DNA from: Cetorhinus maximus
Taxonomy: Eukaryota
Assembly (NCBI RefSeq): GCF_964194155.1
Contig: NC_135892.1
Coordinates: forward strand, 67,580,001-67,644,000
Direction of reading: 5' to 3'
DNA: 64,000 nt
Shown here: in pieces, positions 13,220-25,114 of the stretch
How positions within the stretch are numbered: position 1 is the first letter of the stretch
Layout of the letters: each line of letters opens with the position of its first letter
The notes under the pieces: model-generated
What the model was told of the DNA's origin: nothing
The model's input: only the letters and a program-made list of their open reading frames with translations
Database searches by the model: none
Made by a program: the position numbers and the translations under genes

Positions 13220-14664
13220 GTGGATCTACAGATCCACTACCAGGATATGGCACTCTGATTTATAGTATAATTGCAAGGAGACGCCTCCTGGATTCCCGTC
13301 TTCGCAAACATGCCAATTCTCACAAAGTTATCACGAGGGAAATGATTTGCCAATAAAATTGTGCCTCTCTAGCAAACTCCAAAATCTCAACGTTATTCAG
13401 TACGCACCCATCTTGGGGTAGGAGGCCTAAAGACGACACCTCCACAGTTGTCACTTGTTGCTTTTTAAAATTATGTTTAGCTCAGTGTGAAGGGCCCAGG
13501 GCCCGGCCAACGCAGTAAGACTCTGAGGCTGGAAGTGTAGCTTTTCTAGCTATGGGTAGAGGGTTGGCCCCCGGCAGCCCTCACTTTGAAGCAATCTCTT
13601 CTTTGCCTTCACCTATCACTGGCCCTCTATTCAGCTCCACCTGTCCCACCCCCCCTTAAACATATTTCACCACATTTCTATTTCTCTTTAGGTCTGAAGG
13701 CAGTTTCATAACCTGATTGTCACCATTATGCCAGGTTAGGCGCACAAAGTACTAGCATTTTGCTATGCAGCTAACATTTAATTTATAACAGAAAAAAAAT
13801 CAAAACACAAGAAATCAAATTAAGTATGCAGAAATATTTGACCACTGGAATAAGACCAAAGATCTTTGGATCTTTGAGGAGAGTACATCTTAATTACCAG
13901 CTTCTACCCACTTGAATGTGAAAATTTAAGTGCAAAAAGTTCTTGCAATCATCTGAAGAATTGCCACATTGGTTTACAATTGGTTGTTTCAGCTTTTTGA
14001 CTTCTTCCAGCTCTGTGAATTTATTTAAGATAATGCTATCATTAAAAGAAATAGTAATACTTCTCAAGGTTCAATCTCATGCAGAAAAGAAAGTCAATAG
14101 GTGCCAATGCATATTAAGCAATGAGAGAGATATTGGGCAGAACTTAACATACCTCCCATGGCAAGTTTTGTGGCGGGGGACATTTAGTAAGAAGGGAGGG
14201 TGGCCATTGGAGTCCCTGTCATTATCCCACCTCAATCCTAATTAAGTCTATGGCAGCAAGCCACAGACTTCCCACCTCACCACAATTGAGCTTCTTAATT
14301 GCCAATTAATGCCCACAAGGACTTAGTCTTGCTGCTGTTATTAACCCAGCAGCAAGCAGGCTCGCAATGCAGGGAGCATAATAAGCAAACCTTGGCGTGT
14401 TTGCTTGTGGGCTCCTGGCAGGGTTCTGTTCAAAGACCCTAAGTGCCTAAGTGAAGGACCCCCCCCCCCCCCCATGACCCCTCCACCTGCCATCACTCAC
14501 CTGTGCCTAGGTCCATCCTCGATCCGGGTCCTCAGGTGGGTACAGTACTAGCATCAGCCACCAGCTCCTTGGTGGCACTGCTGAGTACAGAAGAGCTGCC
14601 GACCTCTGATTGGTTGGCAGCTCTCTGTGGACAGGACTTCCCCCAGAATTCCTTAAGGTTGTAA

Positions 14665-14939
14665 AGGCAAAATACTGCAGATGCTGGAAATCTGAAACAG
14701 AAACAAAAATACCTGGAAAAACTCAGCAGGTCTGACAGCATCTGCAGAGAGGAATACAGTTGACGCTTCGTGTCCGTATGACTCTTCATCAGAACATCTC
14801 ACTCTCTCAAACTTAGGTTGGATTTCTGTGTGTGCAGAACATCTGATGAAGAGTCATACGGACTCGAAGCGTCAACTGTATTCCTCTCCGCAGATGTTGT
14901 CAGGCCTGCTGAGTTTTTCTAGGTATTTTTGTTTTTGTT
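14665..14939. mobile_element. Inverted pair of Penelope pLTR fragments, each with a hammerhead motif
   Basis: 14665-14795 (minus) and 14843-14939 (plus) are near reverse complements; flanked by TTCCTTAAGG at 14649-14658 and 14938-14947. Confidence 0.85.
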
Positions 14940-15361
14940 CCTTAAGGGTGTGTTTGCTGCCAATATCGCGCATGCGCAGTTGTATGTGTGGCACCATCTT
15001 TATAGGGGGCAATGTGCAGTAGGGCGCATGCGTGGTCATCATTGGCCCTGGAATTGGAAATATTACAGTGCTGGCAGCATCAAGTTACCGATGCTTGTAA
15101 AACAATTTACAGACAATACAAAATATATATGATCAGAAAGCGTGACAGTGGTTTACATTACTCCATTATTTGAATTGTCATTTAACTTGGAATCATGTGA
15201 AAAATATTTTTCTAATATGAAACTGATAATTCAATGAAAATGAACTGAGTCAAAAAAATTAAGTTGAAGCTGCTGCTGGGAATTCCTCTAGCATGATTAA
15301 AGGGAAAGTGTAAACCTGTTAAAAAGAAATGCAGAATGGAACAAACTATTGCGACTTGAAT

Positions 15362-15488
15362 AAAAGCAAAATACTGCGGATGCTGGAAATCTGAAATAAA
15401 AACAGAAAATGCTGGAAAAACTCAGCAGGTCTGACACGTCTGTGGAGAGTGAAACAGAGTTAAATGTTTTGAGTCTGTATGACTCTCA
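15362..15488 (-). mobile_element. Penelope pLTR fragment
   Basis: AAAATACTGCGGATGCTGGAAATCTGAAATAAAAACAGAAAATGCTGGAAAAACTCAGCAGG, shared with other copies; similar short relics at ~980-1075 and ~31428-31525. Confidence 0.8.
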
Positions 15489-16729
15489 TTGTGACTTGAA
15501 GTTGTCTGATTTATCCTTGCTAGTTTTTAAGCATGCCAGTTTACCATTCCACACACTATCTCACTCTCTCAAACTTAGGATGGATTTCTGCGTGTGCGTT
15601 GACAAGTGTGTATGCGCAGAAGTGCTGTCAGGAGCCATGTTGCATTGGTAGGAGTTAAGTGATTTCTTAATCCTGGGGAAGGCCCGCCGCTGCCTTGTCA
15701 AGTGCTTGAGTGGCACTTAATCACAGAATTGGTACAGCACAGGAGGCCATTCAGTCCATCGTGTCTGCGCCAACTCTCTAAATGAGCAACTAACCGGTGC
15801 AATTTACTCACCTTCTCCTGTAACCCTGCACATTATTCCTTTTCAAATAACAGTCTAATTCCCTTTTGAATGCCTTGATAGAACCTGCCTCCACTACACT
15901 CTCCAGCAGTGCATTCAAGACCCCAATCTCTTGCTACACGAAAAAGTTTTTCATTATGTCGCTTTGGTGGGCTATCCCTAAAAGAGACACAGGGCTCCCA
16001 TTGACTCTCCAGCCACAGGCCAAAATCCCGTCGCCTCCATTAAATCCAGCCCCTTATGTCCACTTTTACTTTTGTAATATCATTACTACTGAACAGTTTC
16101 TGACTTAAGATGTAGCATTGAAACTATTCAAAAACATATCCACTGAAATTAAATAAACTACTGCACTATTTTTCCAGAGAAATATCTTTTAGTAAAATAC
16201 ATTTCTCTAAGCAGAGATGCATAGCAAGTGATATTGGGTGGGAATTTTGAAGTTTTTTTTAATGAAGTATTTTTGGATGCCGTAATATATTTTTTTATAA
16301 AGAGCTCTGATCTGATACAAAATAAATAATCCTTTAAGGAAGTTTATAAACTGACATTCAATCCATATTAATTTGCAGTTGGAAAAAAAGCAACATGATT
16401 TTTATACCAAGCTCAATTTTTTTTAAAAGATTGTCCCTTGATTTATGCGACATGGGGTTGTTTGTCTCCTGGAATTACACTTAAAAGAACAGCAATATAA
16501 AAGCAGTTGATGAGGTGCCATCAGGAAAAAATAGTTGGTGAATGAATGTATTGATAATTCACCACAGAACAAAATGGCATATCAATTAATTATATAAATG
16601 ATACCATAGTTTCATCCTTCCCGAAAATAATCATGCGCCAAATTTTGCTCTAGCCAATCATTAGACTACACTTTCAGAGTTTCAGGCTTATAATGGGGTA
16701 TCATCCCACATGAGACAATGATCAAGGAC

Positions 16730-17163
16730 AAGGAGATTGGATAGGTTGGGGTTATTCTCCTTAGAACAAAGAAGGTTGAGAGGTGACTTGGTTGAGGTGT
16801 ACAAAATTATGAGGGGGATAGAGTGGACAGGATAAAATTGTTTCCCTTGGTGGAGAATTCTAGAACCAGGGGACATAGATTCAAGATAAGTGGCAGAAGG
16901 TGTAGGGGGGACATGAGGAAGAACTTTTTTACGCAGAGGGTAGTGGGTGTCTGGAATTCGCTGCCCAAGTTGGTGGTAGAGGCAGAAACTTTAAAATCTT
17001 TTAAAAAGTACCTGGATCTGCACCTAAAGTGCTGTAAGCTGCAAGGTTATGGGCCGAGTGCAGGAAGGTGCGACTAGAAAGGGCACCTGGGTGTCCTCGG
17101 GCTGGCATGGACAAGTTGGGCTGAATGGCCTCCTTCTGTGCTGTAACTTTTCTACGGTTCTAA
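16730..17163 (+). mobile_element. CR1 3' end fragment
   Basis: RTRGHRFKI...RKNFFTQRVVGVWNSLP; 3' tail GGGCTGAATGGCCTCCTTCTGTGCTGTAAC. Confidence 0.9.
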
Positions 17164-20100
17164 GTAGCTTCAGTAAGTTTGGCTAACTCAGCACAGTTCA
17201 CCACGGGTTCAGATTCGAGACCTTCCTTAGACTGCATATCTTTGTGCAGTACCACATTTACGCACTGATCCATCAGGGAACAAATATTTTTAGAGGCCCA
17301 ATAGATTTACATGTAACCATGGCTACATCCAACCCATTGAGGACAAGATTTCAGCTGTGTTCAAGTGTAAATTCATTTACATAGTTTTCAGCTTTCTGAA
17401 TAGATCAAATTCATTGAACCATAGAACCAGGTGCTGTCTCTCCAAGTATTACCAATACTGCAGTGAATCTTAAGTGGATAAAAGTCATTTCAGAACAATG
17501 TGCCTTTCTAAACCAGGTGTTCATGTTGAATAGTTCCTACATTTTGCTCATTTGGACTATTCTTCCATAGAGATAAATAATGCTATACAAACACCTAATT
17601 TCAGGAACTGTTAAAGAAGATTGAGACTTAAAAGATTTTCATTTGTATTAATTGAAATGTATGGTGTGTGCTGCAATCTTATTTTTCACATCCTTCAGGC
17701 ACCATATATAATGTGATAATTTAATGTGATTGGGCACAGTTTGAGTCAGGGCAGCAAAACCAGGTCAGATTGAAGACTGGGAAATATGAAACACATCAAA
17801 GAATGACAGGCCTGACCAGAATATAGAAGTTCCCCTCTTACTTCAATCAAATGAGTAAATTAGACAAGATATCAAATCCAAAACATATGGTGACTGTTTG
17901 ATTCAACTGTTAGAGCCTCTAACCTAGATATTTCTAAATTAGTGAGAGCTATTTCAATTTTGCTTTAGTTTGACCATCTGTCACTTATTTCATCTGAATT
18001 TTTCCAGAGTGTCTGCCAAAATAGATCCCCACTTCTAAGAAACACCCTGCAACTGTGACGATACCATGCTTTGAGATTAATATTTTCATACAGTAACAAC
18101 TTGCTGGTTTTTTAAAAAAAAAATTCACAAAATACAGCTTGCCTCCCAAATGTTCAGAAGCAGTTTCTAACACTTCTAGTGACAGATGAATAACAAACAT
18201 AGCTTGCAGCTAATGGTCTTTGAACTTCCACATTAGTTAAGAACAGCAGAGTATTAAATTTTAACAGAAATAAGTTATATTAGAAATACATCAAATCTTT
18301 ATAGCAACCAGAAATATAATGAAAAAAGAATTTATTCTGGTTACTTTGAAAACAGATACAAGTTTACTTATGTAAGTAGCAACAAATACTGCATCTATAT
18401 CACTAAAGTGAAGAATGGCACAGTCAGCATGTAGACACACAATGTATTAGAGTTGTGCAGAAGGCAGAAAGCAATTTCAGTCTCAAAATGCATCCATATG
18501 TTTTGGGGATTTAATATAGAATCCATCAGTTGGACTGTCAAAATAAAGAAAGCAGGACGAAGTTTTGAAAGACTATGGATCTACCATATTCCAAGCAGTG
18601 AATATGCAGTTGTGTGATATAGTGATTACCTTCCCCCCTGGTCTCTAGATTCTGACTAATCCCATTTCTGGGTGGAATTTTGACCCATTTAAATAACAGA
18701 CAGAACTTAATTTACATCAAAAATATCACCTAGGTTATCCAAACTATGATCAACACTGTTACACAATCAGGCCCATTTAAATTTGGTATATTATTTAGCA
18801 CCAGTATTTTGACAAGTTTGCACATTCAGTACTCAAACAAATTAGTAGACACTAATGAATAATATAGCTGATACTAGTTTTTCTAAAAAATTTTTTAAAG
18901 TTAGTTTGTTCCGACAATTAATTTAGATTTACTGGAATATTCCACTGAATCGGTTTAATCTTGTAATCAGCACAAATACCTTTTACATTCGGTCATGAGT
19001 ATATTGAAAACATTAACCTAGGTCTAGGTTTGTCTGATACTGCAATGGAATTATTAAAGTATTTTCTTTGTACCACATTATGCAACATATCCTTTAGTGT
19101 GAGGGTGCAATTAAAGCATGGCAAGTTTTACCATAGCAATTTCCATTATAAATGGACTTCATAATGGAAATGTTTGCAGGAAGAGCACACAGATGCAGAT
19201 TTTTTCTAAATATATTATTAGATGTCACTACTCAAGTCAGAAGATTCATTATTTTGCAGTAGGGGTGTTTATGCCATGTAAGAGATAACATCAAGGTCAC
19301 TCATTTACAATGACTGAATAAGTCAAATTCAATTTTTATTTAACTCTGTTCTGGAGCATTTACTGGTACTTCAGTGATGGAATAATGGACAGGGTTCTGA
19401 AATTCATTGCAAAATGGATACAAATGATATTATATGTTCTTAATGCATTGATTGGAGGTAGATATCTATTGCTATGTTTAACAGTATTGTTGAGGGGGAA
19501 TGGAGTTTAGCTGCACTGGGAAACTGTCCTGGGGTTGAACAGTATTGGGGTCCTGGTGTTTGATGGTATTGCAGTGGGGCTGCCGGAGATTGGCAACATT
19601 TGATTTGTCATCACTGTGCATAGATATCTTGTGGTTTGGCATCTTGTAGCTTGGCAAAACTGTTTGCCATGACTGGTAGGGGTGGAGGAAGGAGTTGGAT
19701 ATGAGGCTTGACTTGCTGGTAGATTTCTGGGATCTGTCAGGAATGAAGGGAGGTCTTGGTTAAACAATGGTGAAGAAATCCTGTGTGTTATAGCACTGGC
19801 TTGCAACTTTCTAAAGGACCCTTGTTGGTTCTGAATTTGGAGTTTTGAGATTGCTTTCAGGATGCCTGTATCCATCTGCCATTCTACGTTTCTCTCACAG
19901 ACGAAAATGCAGACATGCCAATTACAATCAACAAAATACAGGTAGTATTTATAGCTTTCAAAATTAAACTGGCTTGTTTTTATTTGAAAAAATGAAACAG
20001 CTACAATAACCAGCTGTTAGCAAGATAAATCTACATTTTTCCAATAGTGAACAGAAGACAGATGATAATCGTGGATGGTAACTAAAGGCTGCTTGCTCCA

Positions 20101-21319
20101 AAATTAGACATTTTTAAAAAATGAATTCAACTGTAATGAGGAAAGCCATGTTTCCCTTAATTTAATGTACTTCATGAAATTTATGGGATAAAAAACAAAA
20201 ATTACACATACAGACAGACCAGTTCAAATCCAGATTTCTTCGTTTTTTAAAAAAAGCTCAAAATAAATATTAACTGAATGAAGCTTTTAACATTTTTCCT
20301 CTCATTTCTTGAAATAATTTTGAAAAACAATTAAGCAGAAACTTCTAGAGGCTAAATAAAAATATTCCATCATTATAGTGTTTCCTGGAAAATTAGGTAC
20401 ACAACACATGCTTAGAATTCACAGTTTAAATTTAACTTGGGACAATGGGCAAAAATATTAAATCCACGCCCAGATTTTGGCAGAGCTCGGGGCCCTCAAA
20501 TAAGGCTTTAAAGATAGAAATGACAATTCAATGGATAAATATATTTAAACCTTTATTTTGGACAAAGGAAATCCCAATTACTGAGAAAAGAAATGGCTGA
20601 GGAACAAATCTGAAAGTATTTTAAACAATTTGTGGGAACAGTCAGATTGGAAAGAGTGACAGGCTTACAACATAGACAAAGTCCACTCTAAATGTGGACA
20701 AAAGAAATTATAATAGGAAAACTGTGTGAACACAATGTGTGAAAATCATGACAAGATGACATCAAGTTGTGTAGACATAAAATGAGGTCAATCTCTAAGG
20801 ATATGAAACCACTTCAATAATCTCTGAAAGCTACAAGCTGAAACATGTCAGGATATGAAGATAAATGATTTAAAAAACCCTATTAAGGTAAGGTATATAA
20901 ATGTAACAGATCCAACTGGAGATTTTGGGTGCTAAAATCCATTGGCAACTGCCAGGATTCAGAAGTATTAAGCATTACATAAATCTACAATCTATATTTG
21001 TAATTCTGTAAACAGAATAGGTTACTCATCTCTAAATTACAGGAAAAGGCCAGGCAAATTGTGATCCATTATCTTGACTGCTTTTTATCTGAACAAACTT
21101 CAAAACTTGAAATTCTTCATTTTCAGAATTTACAATAAACTGAACATATATCTATTTAAAAAAAAACACAGGGGCAGTAAATATCAAGGTCATCTAGTCT
21201 ATGGCAGAACCAAAAAACAATTGTTTGAGGAGAGGCCACCCCAAAAGAACAGGAAGATTTGTTTTTTCTCTGCTTACCTCCTGACTTTCCAGAGCCTCTT
21301 CATCAATTATAAAGCATAA

Positions 21320-22020
21320 AGTCAGAAATGTGATGGAATATTCTCCACTTGGAAAAGTGCAGCTGCAACATTACTCAAGAAGCTCAATATCATCCAGGAC
21401 AAAACTGCCGACTTGACCAGCATTCCATCCATCGCCTTAAGCATCCACTCTCTCCACCAGTGGTGCTCAATTGACTGATCATTCCACAGCCTTTTGGCAA
21501 AGAGAAAGTCCCAGATATCCACCACACTTTGTGTGAAAATGTGCTTCCTGATTTCTTTCCTAAATGATCTAATTTTAAGATTATACCCTCTTGTTCTGGA
21601 TTTTCCAGAGGAAATTACATCTCAATTGTGCCTCAATTCAATCCCATCAAATCCTTTTATTTTAAACAGCAAAGGAATAGAATCCTAAGTTTCTCATCAC
21701 TTACTCATGAGGACAGGCTGCAGAAATTTGCAGCAACTCACCAAGGGTTCTCAGCAGAACCCCCACCATCTAGAAGGGCAAAGGCAGCAGCTGCATGGGT
21801 ACACGAAGTTCCCTCCCAAGATATTCACCTTTTTGACTTTGACATGCATTACAGTTCCTTCAGCACTAGACAAAATCCTGGAACCTCCTACCTAACAGTA
21901 TCAAGAGGGCGTTTTCATCGTACAGACAGCAGCATTTCAAGAAGATCCATCATCACCTTCTCAAGGACAACTTGGGATTGGCAATAAATGTTGGCCATTG
22001 TGCCCAGATTCCAAGAATGA
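21320..22020 (+). mobile_element. Family-B LINE 3' fragment interrupted by an inverted CR1-derived insert (21467-21726)
   Basis: GTGATGGAATATTCTCCACTTG...CTCAAGAAGCTC and GGGATTGGCAATAAATGTTGGCC tail match other family-B copies. Confidence 0.75.
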
Positions 22021-22632
22021 TTTTTTTTTAAAGAAAAAGGTGGAGTTCAAGGTGCAGAAATGCAAAGCCAATCGCTTTGAAAGTGAAATCAGAATATTTT
22101 CTTAACAGCGAAAGACTAAGCTGTGGAAGAACTGTCCACGTGCACTGATCCTAAAAACTGGTGCCCAAGTACAAAAGTAATCAAGAAGATTAACTGAATG
22201 GTGGCTTATCTCAAAAGAACTTGGAATTTAAGAGTAAGCAAGCAATTCCTCAATTGCACAAGAGTCTTGTTCAGCCCTCATGTGGATTACTGCATTCAGA
22301 TTTGGCCACTGGACCTCAGGAAGGACATATTGATCTTGGAGGGGGTACAACATAGATTCACCAGAATTCTATGGGGGTTTAAAGGAACAACTCATGAGGA
22401 CAGGTTGCAGAAACTTAGGATTCTATTCCTTTGGTGTTCCAAATAAAGGGATTTGATGGGATTGAATTGAAGCACAATTGAGATGTAATTTCCTCTGGGG
22501 GGCGGGGTATAATCTTAAAATTAGAGTTAGATCATTTAGGAAAGAAATCAGGAAGCACATTTTCACACAAAGTGTGGTGGATATCTGGGACTTTCTCTTT
22601 GCCAAAAGGCTGTGGAATGCTCAGTCAATTGA
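21467..22632. repeat. ~225-bp near-identical inverted repeat (arms 21467-21694 and 22409-22632)
   Basis: Direct comparison; ORF track shows the same peptide AKRKSQISTTLCVKMCFLISFLNDL on opposite strands. Confidence 0.92.
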
Positions 22633-22700
22633 CATTTTCAAGACAGATCAATCAGATTTTGTTAGCTAAGGGAATCATGGGATAGGAAGCAAAGGTTGGT
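22040..22700 (+). mobile_element. Degenerate CR1 3' fragment
   Basis: PHVDYCIQIWPLDLRKDILILEGVQHRFTR; RKHIFTQSVVDIW. Confidence 0.8.
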
Positions 22701-23258
22701 AAATAATTAGTCATGGCAGAGCAAGCTTGGGAGGTGTACTCCTTTCCAAGACTGGCCAGGACAGAGAGCCAAGGTATTATCTTCATGGATACTGCCTTTG
22801 GATCTTCTTTTAATAAATGTGGTGATTTGCACTTTACAGCTGTGCCCCGCCATTAAAATTTGCATCAATTCACAATAATGGGATCGACACAAACCTTATA
22901 GCTACTGCTTGATCCAAGTTCACAATCCCTCCAAATTCAAAATTAGCAGATAAAGAATTAACCAACAAAAACATAACCAAAGCATACGTTCATAGCTAGG
23001 TTCTGGCAGGTACCACCATCAAACTGATTTCCTAAGAAACTTCGTTTAGTTAGAGCCAGATAAATCACGGCATACCTATTCCGAAATAGGGAGTTTAGAG
23101 AAGAAAGTGTGCAATCTAGTTCAACAGCTGATCCATAGAGCAGCACTGGTAGTGAAAGGTGGTTTTGGTTTGTTTTCTGATGGACAGGGCAGGAAGGGCT
23201 GGTGAAGAAAGCAAGATGAAACCCAGTGGGGAGTAGGCTGGAAACCAACCAAACAAAC

Positions 23259-23264
23259 TTTATT
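23259..23264 (-). terminator. Candidate proximal polyadenylation signal of INTS7
   Basis: AATAAA on the minus strand ~170 nt after the stop, followed by GU/U-rich sequence. Confidence 0.45.
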
Positions 23265-23433
23265 AACCTGGGCCACAAATTGCATAATACAATATTAGGA
23301 ACTTAATTGATAGAGTGCATCCTGATGTTCCCTAACAAAGTATTATGTTGGGCATCTGATATTTGGCAAAAGTCTTCATTAGCTTGCAAAATATTCTCAC
23401 ACAGTCTATTTCCTAAGTATAAGTAATTCATCA

Positions 23434-23721
23434 TTAAAATCTACAGAGTGCATTCCTTTGCAGCTGTGACTGTTGTTGTGACTGCTGTTGCTGCTGCTGC
23501 AGGCGTAACTGCTGAGAGAATGGATCCTCCATGGATTTGATAGCAATGGTAGTTTTGGGTCCTGTTTTCCAAATGATGCCATTAGAGTCAATAACAGATG
23601 CTTCAACAGAAACACTGTGGTTCCCAAGTGCAGCAAAACACAACAGGAACTGAGTGCTGAAATAGTCATTATGGGGCTCCACCCGTTGCTCCATTTCATT
23701 TGTCATATTCTCCAGCAATAC
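23434..23721 (-). CDS. INTS7: INTS7 last coding exon (~exon 20), with Q-rich tail and TAA stop
   Basis: VLLENMTNEMEQRVEPHNDYFSTQFLLCFAALGNHSVSVEASVIDSNGIIWKTGPKTTIAIKSMEDPFSQQLRLQQQQQQSQQQSQLQRNALCRF*; ttcccag acceptor. Confidence 0.96.
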   Translation of the reverse strand, partial: VLLENMTNEMEQRVEPHNDYFSTQFLLCFAALGNHSVSVEASVIDSNGIIWKTGPKTTIAIKSMEDPFSQQLRLQQQQQQSQQQSQLQRNALCRF

Positions 23722-24344
23722 CTGGGAAATGGACATAATAGGAAATTTAACTCATACCACAATCAGCATTATAAAGCTCATATATTATACTGAAGTTATA
23801 ACTTCAACCAGCTTTATAAATCTAAAGTTTTAACAGTCACAATTATGCATCCAGTTTTGAGATAAAATATAATCACTGAACATTAAATTGTTCATAAAGA
23901 GTAACAAATGGACAAAGACCTAAATACATAACTGCACTACACAGTAACAACTGTAGTTTTATCTTGAATTAAATACATTCACATTTTCAGTAATGAACAT
24001 CACTTAAAGACCAGGTTAAAGCTGCACATGAAGACAACGCAAGCTATCAAACTGTGCCTGAAGCTGTACAACACATCGCCAAGGAATACATTAATTAATT
24101 AAAATGAAAACTGTACGGATGTTGTATTCTCAAACATTTCCATTCTAACCCTAACAATCTACTAGAACTATATATACTAGTTAGCAATCAATCACAAACA
24201 TGTTTTTTACAAATATTCAACAATATTAATTTTTTTCTTAAAATCCATTACAAGAAAAAGTGTTTCAAATATGAGGTTATTAAAATTGTGTTAGAGTCTG
24301 TTTAGGTTAAATGCAGCATTTTAAACACTATGGGGGGCAGCTAC

Positions 24345-24530
24345 CTTGTAATCTTGCACACCCTTGGTCTGTAGTGAGGATGAAACGTTTAGGCAAACTG
24401 CCTGAATTTTCCGGAAGAACCCAGGCTTCGAGCCATGCTGGATAACACCTTCCACCTTCAGAGCCAGTTGTTGGTTATTCTGCACAGTGATTGGTTCTGT
24501 TGGAGTGCGGGGAGAAGGTGACAGTGCCAA
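24345..24530 (-). CDS. INTS7: INTS7 coding exon (~exon 19)
   Basis: LALSPSPRTPTEPITVQNNQQLALKVEGVIQHGSKPGFFRKIQAVCLNVSSSLQTKGVQDYK; tttttgcag acceptor, GTAGCT donor; 186 bp. Confidence 0.96.
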
Positions 24531-25114
24531 CTGCAAAAACATTAGAGAAAAGGAATTAATTTTAATTGTAGCTATCCAATGACAAACATAAATTAATAAA
24601 AAGCCAGTACCAGCTTTTCTTAATTCAGTTAGTTTAGAGGCTAGACCAAAGTGGTGATTTTTGGGTTACTCAGTTGAGGTGCTCCCATACACCAGAAATT
24701 TTATTTCACAGTTCCATGAAGTGTAGTGTATATCAGCAGTATAAGACTTATTTTCATAAGGGAGCATCTGTCAGGTAATTACAGGCCAGTCAGTTTAACA
24801 TCTATGGTGGGGAAATTTTGGAATTTTTAATTAAAGCTGAAATATCTGATTGACCAAAGTGTAATTAAAAGCAGCCAACATTAAGTTCAGAAAGGAAAAT
24901 TTTGCACGGTAATCTGATACAGTTCTTTGAGGACATTATAGATATGGTGGATGGGGGTTAAATGCAATTGACACGGTGCACATCAACTTTCAGAAGGCCT
25001 TTAACAAGGTACTTCAAAAGAGGCCACTGAGAAAATTAAGGGGCACAGAATTAGGGGAGCGGTACTAAACTGAATTTAAGACTGGTTAAAATGGAGGAAA
25101 GCAAGGCGAGTTAA

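Noticed and set aside
14967-15035. GCGCATGCGC (NRF1-like) motifs as a promoter
   Set aside because: No CpG island or adjacent first exon; they lie in a short quasi-palindromic, probably repeat-derived segment.
23461-23500. CAG/CAA polyglutamine tract as an unusual expansion
   Set aside because: Short and interrupted; a Q-rich C-terminus is normal for vertebrate INTS7.
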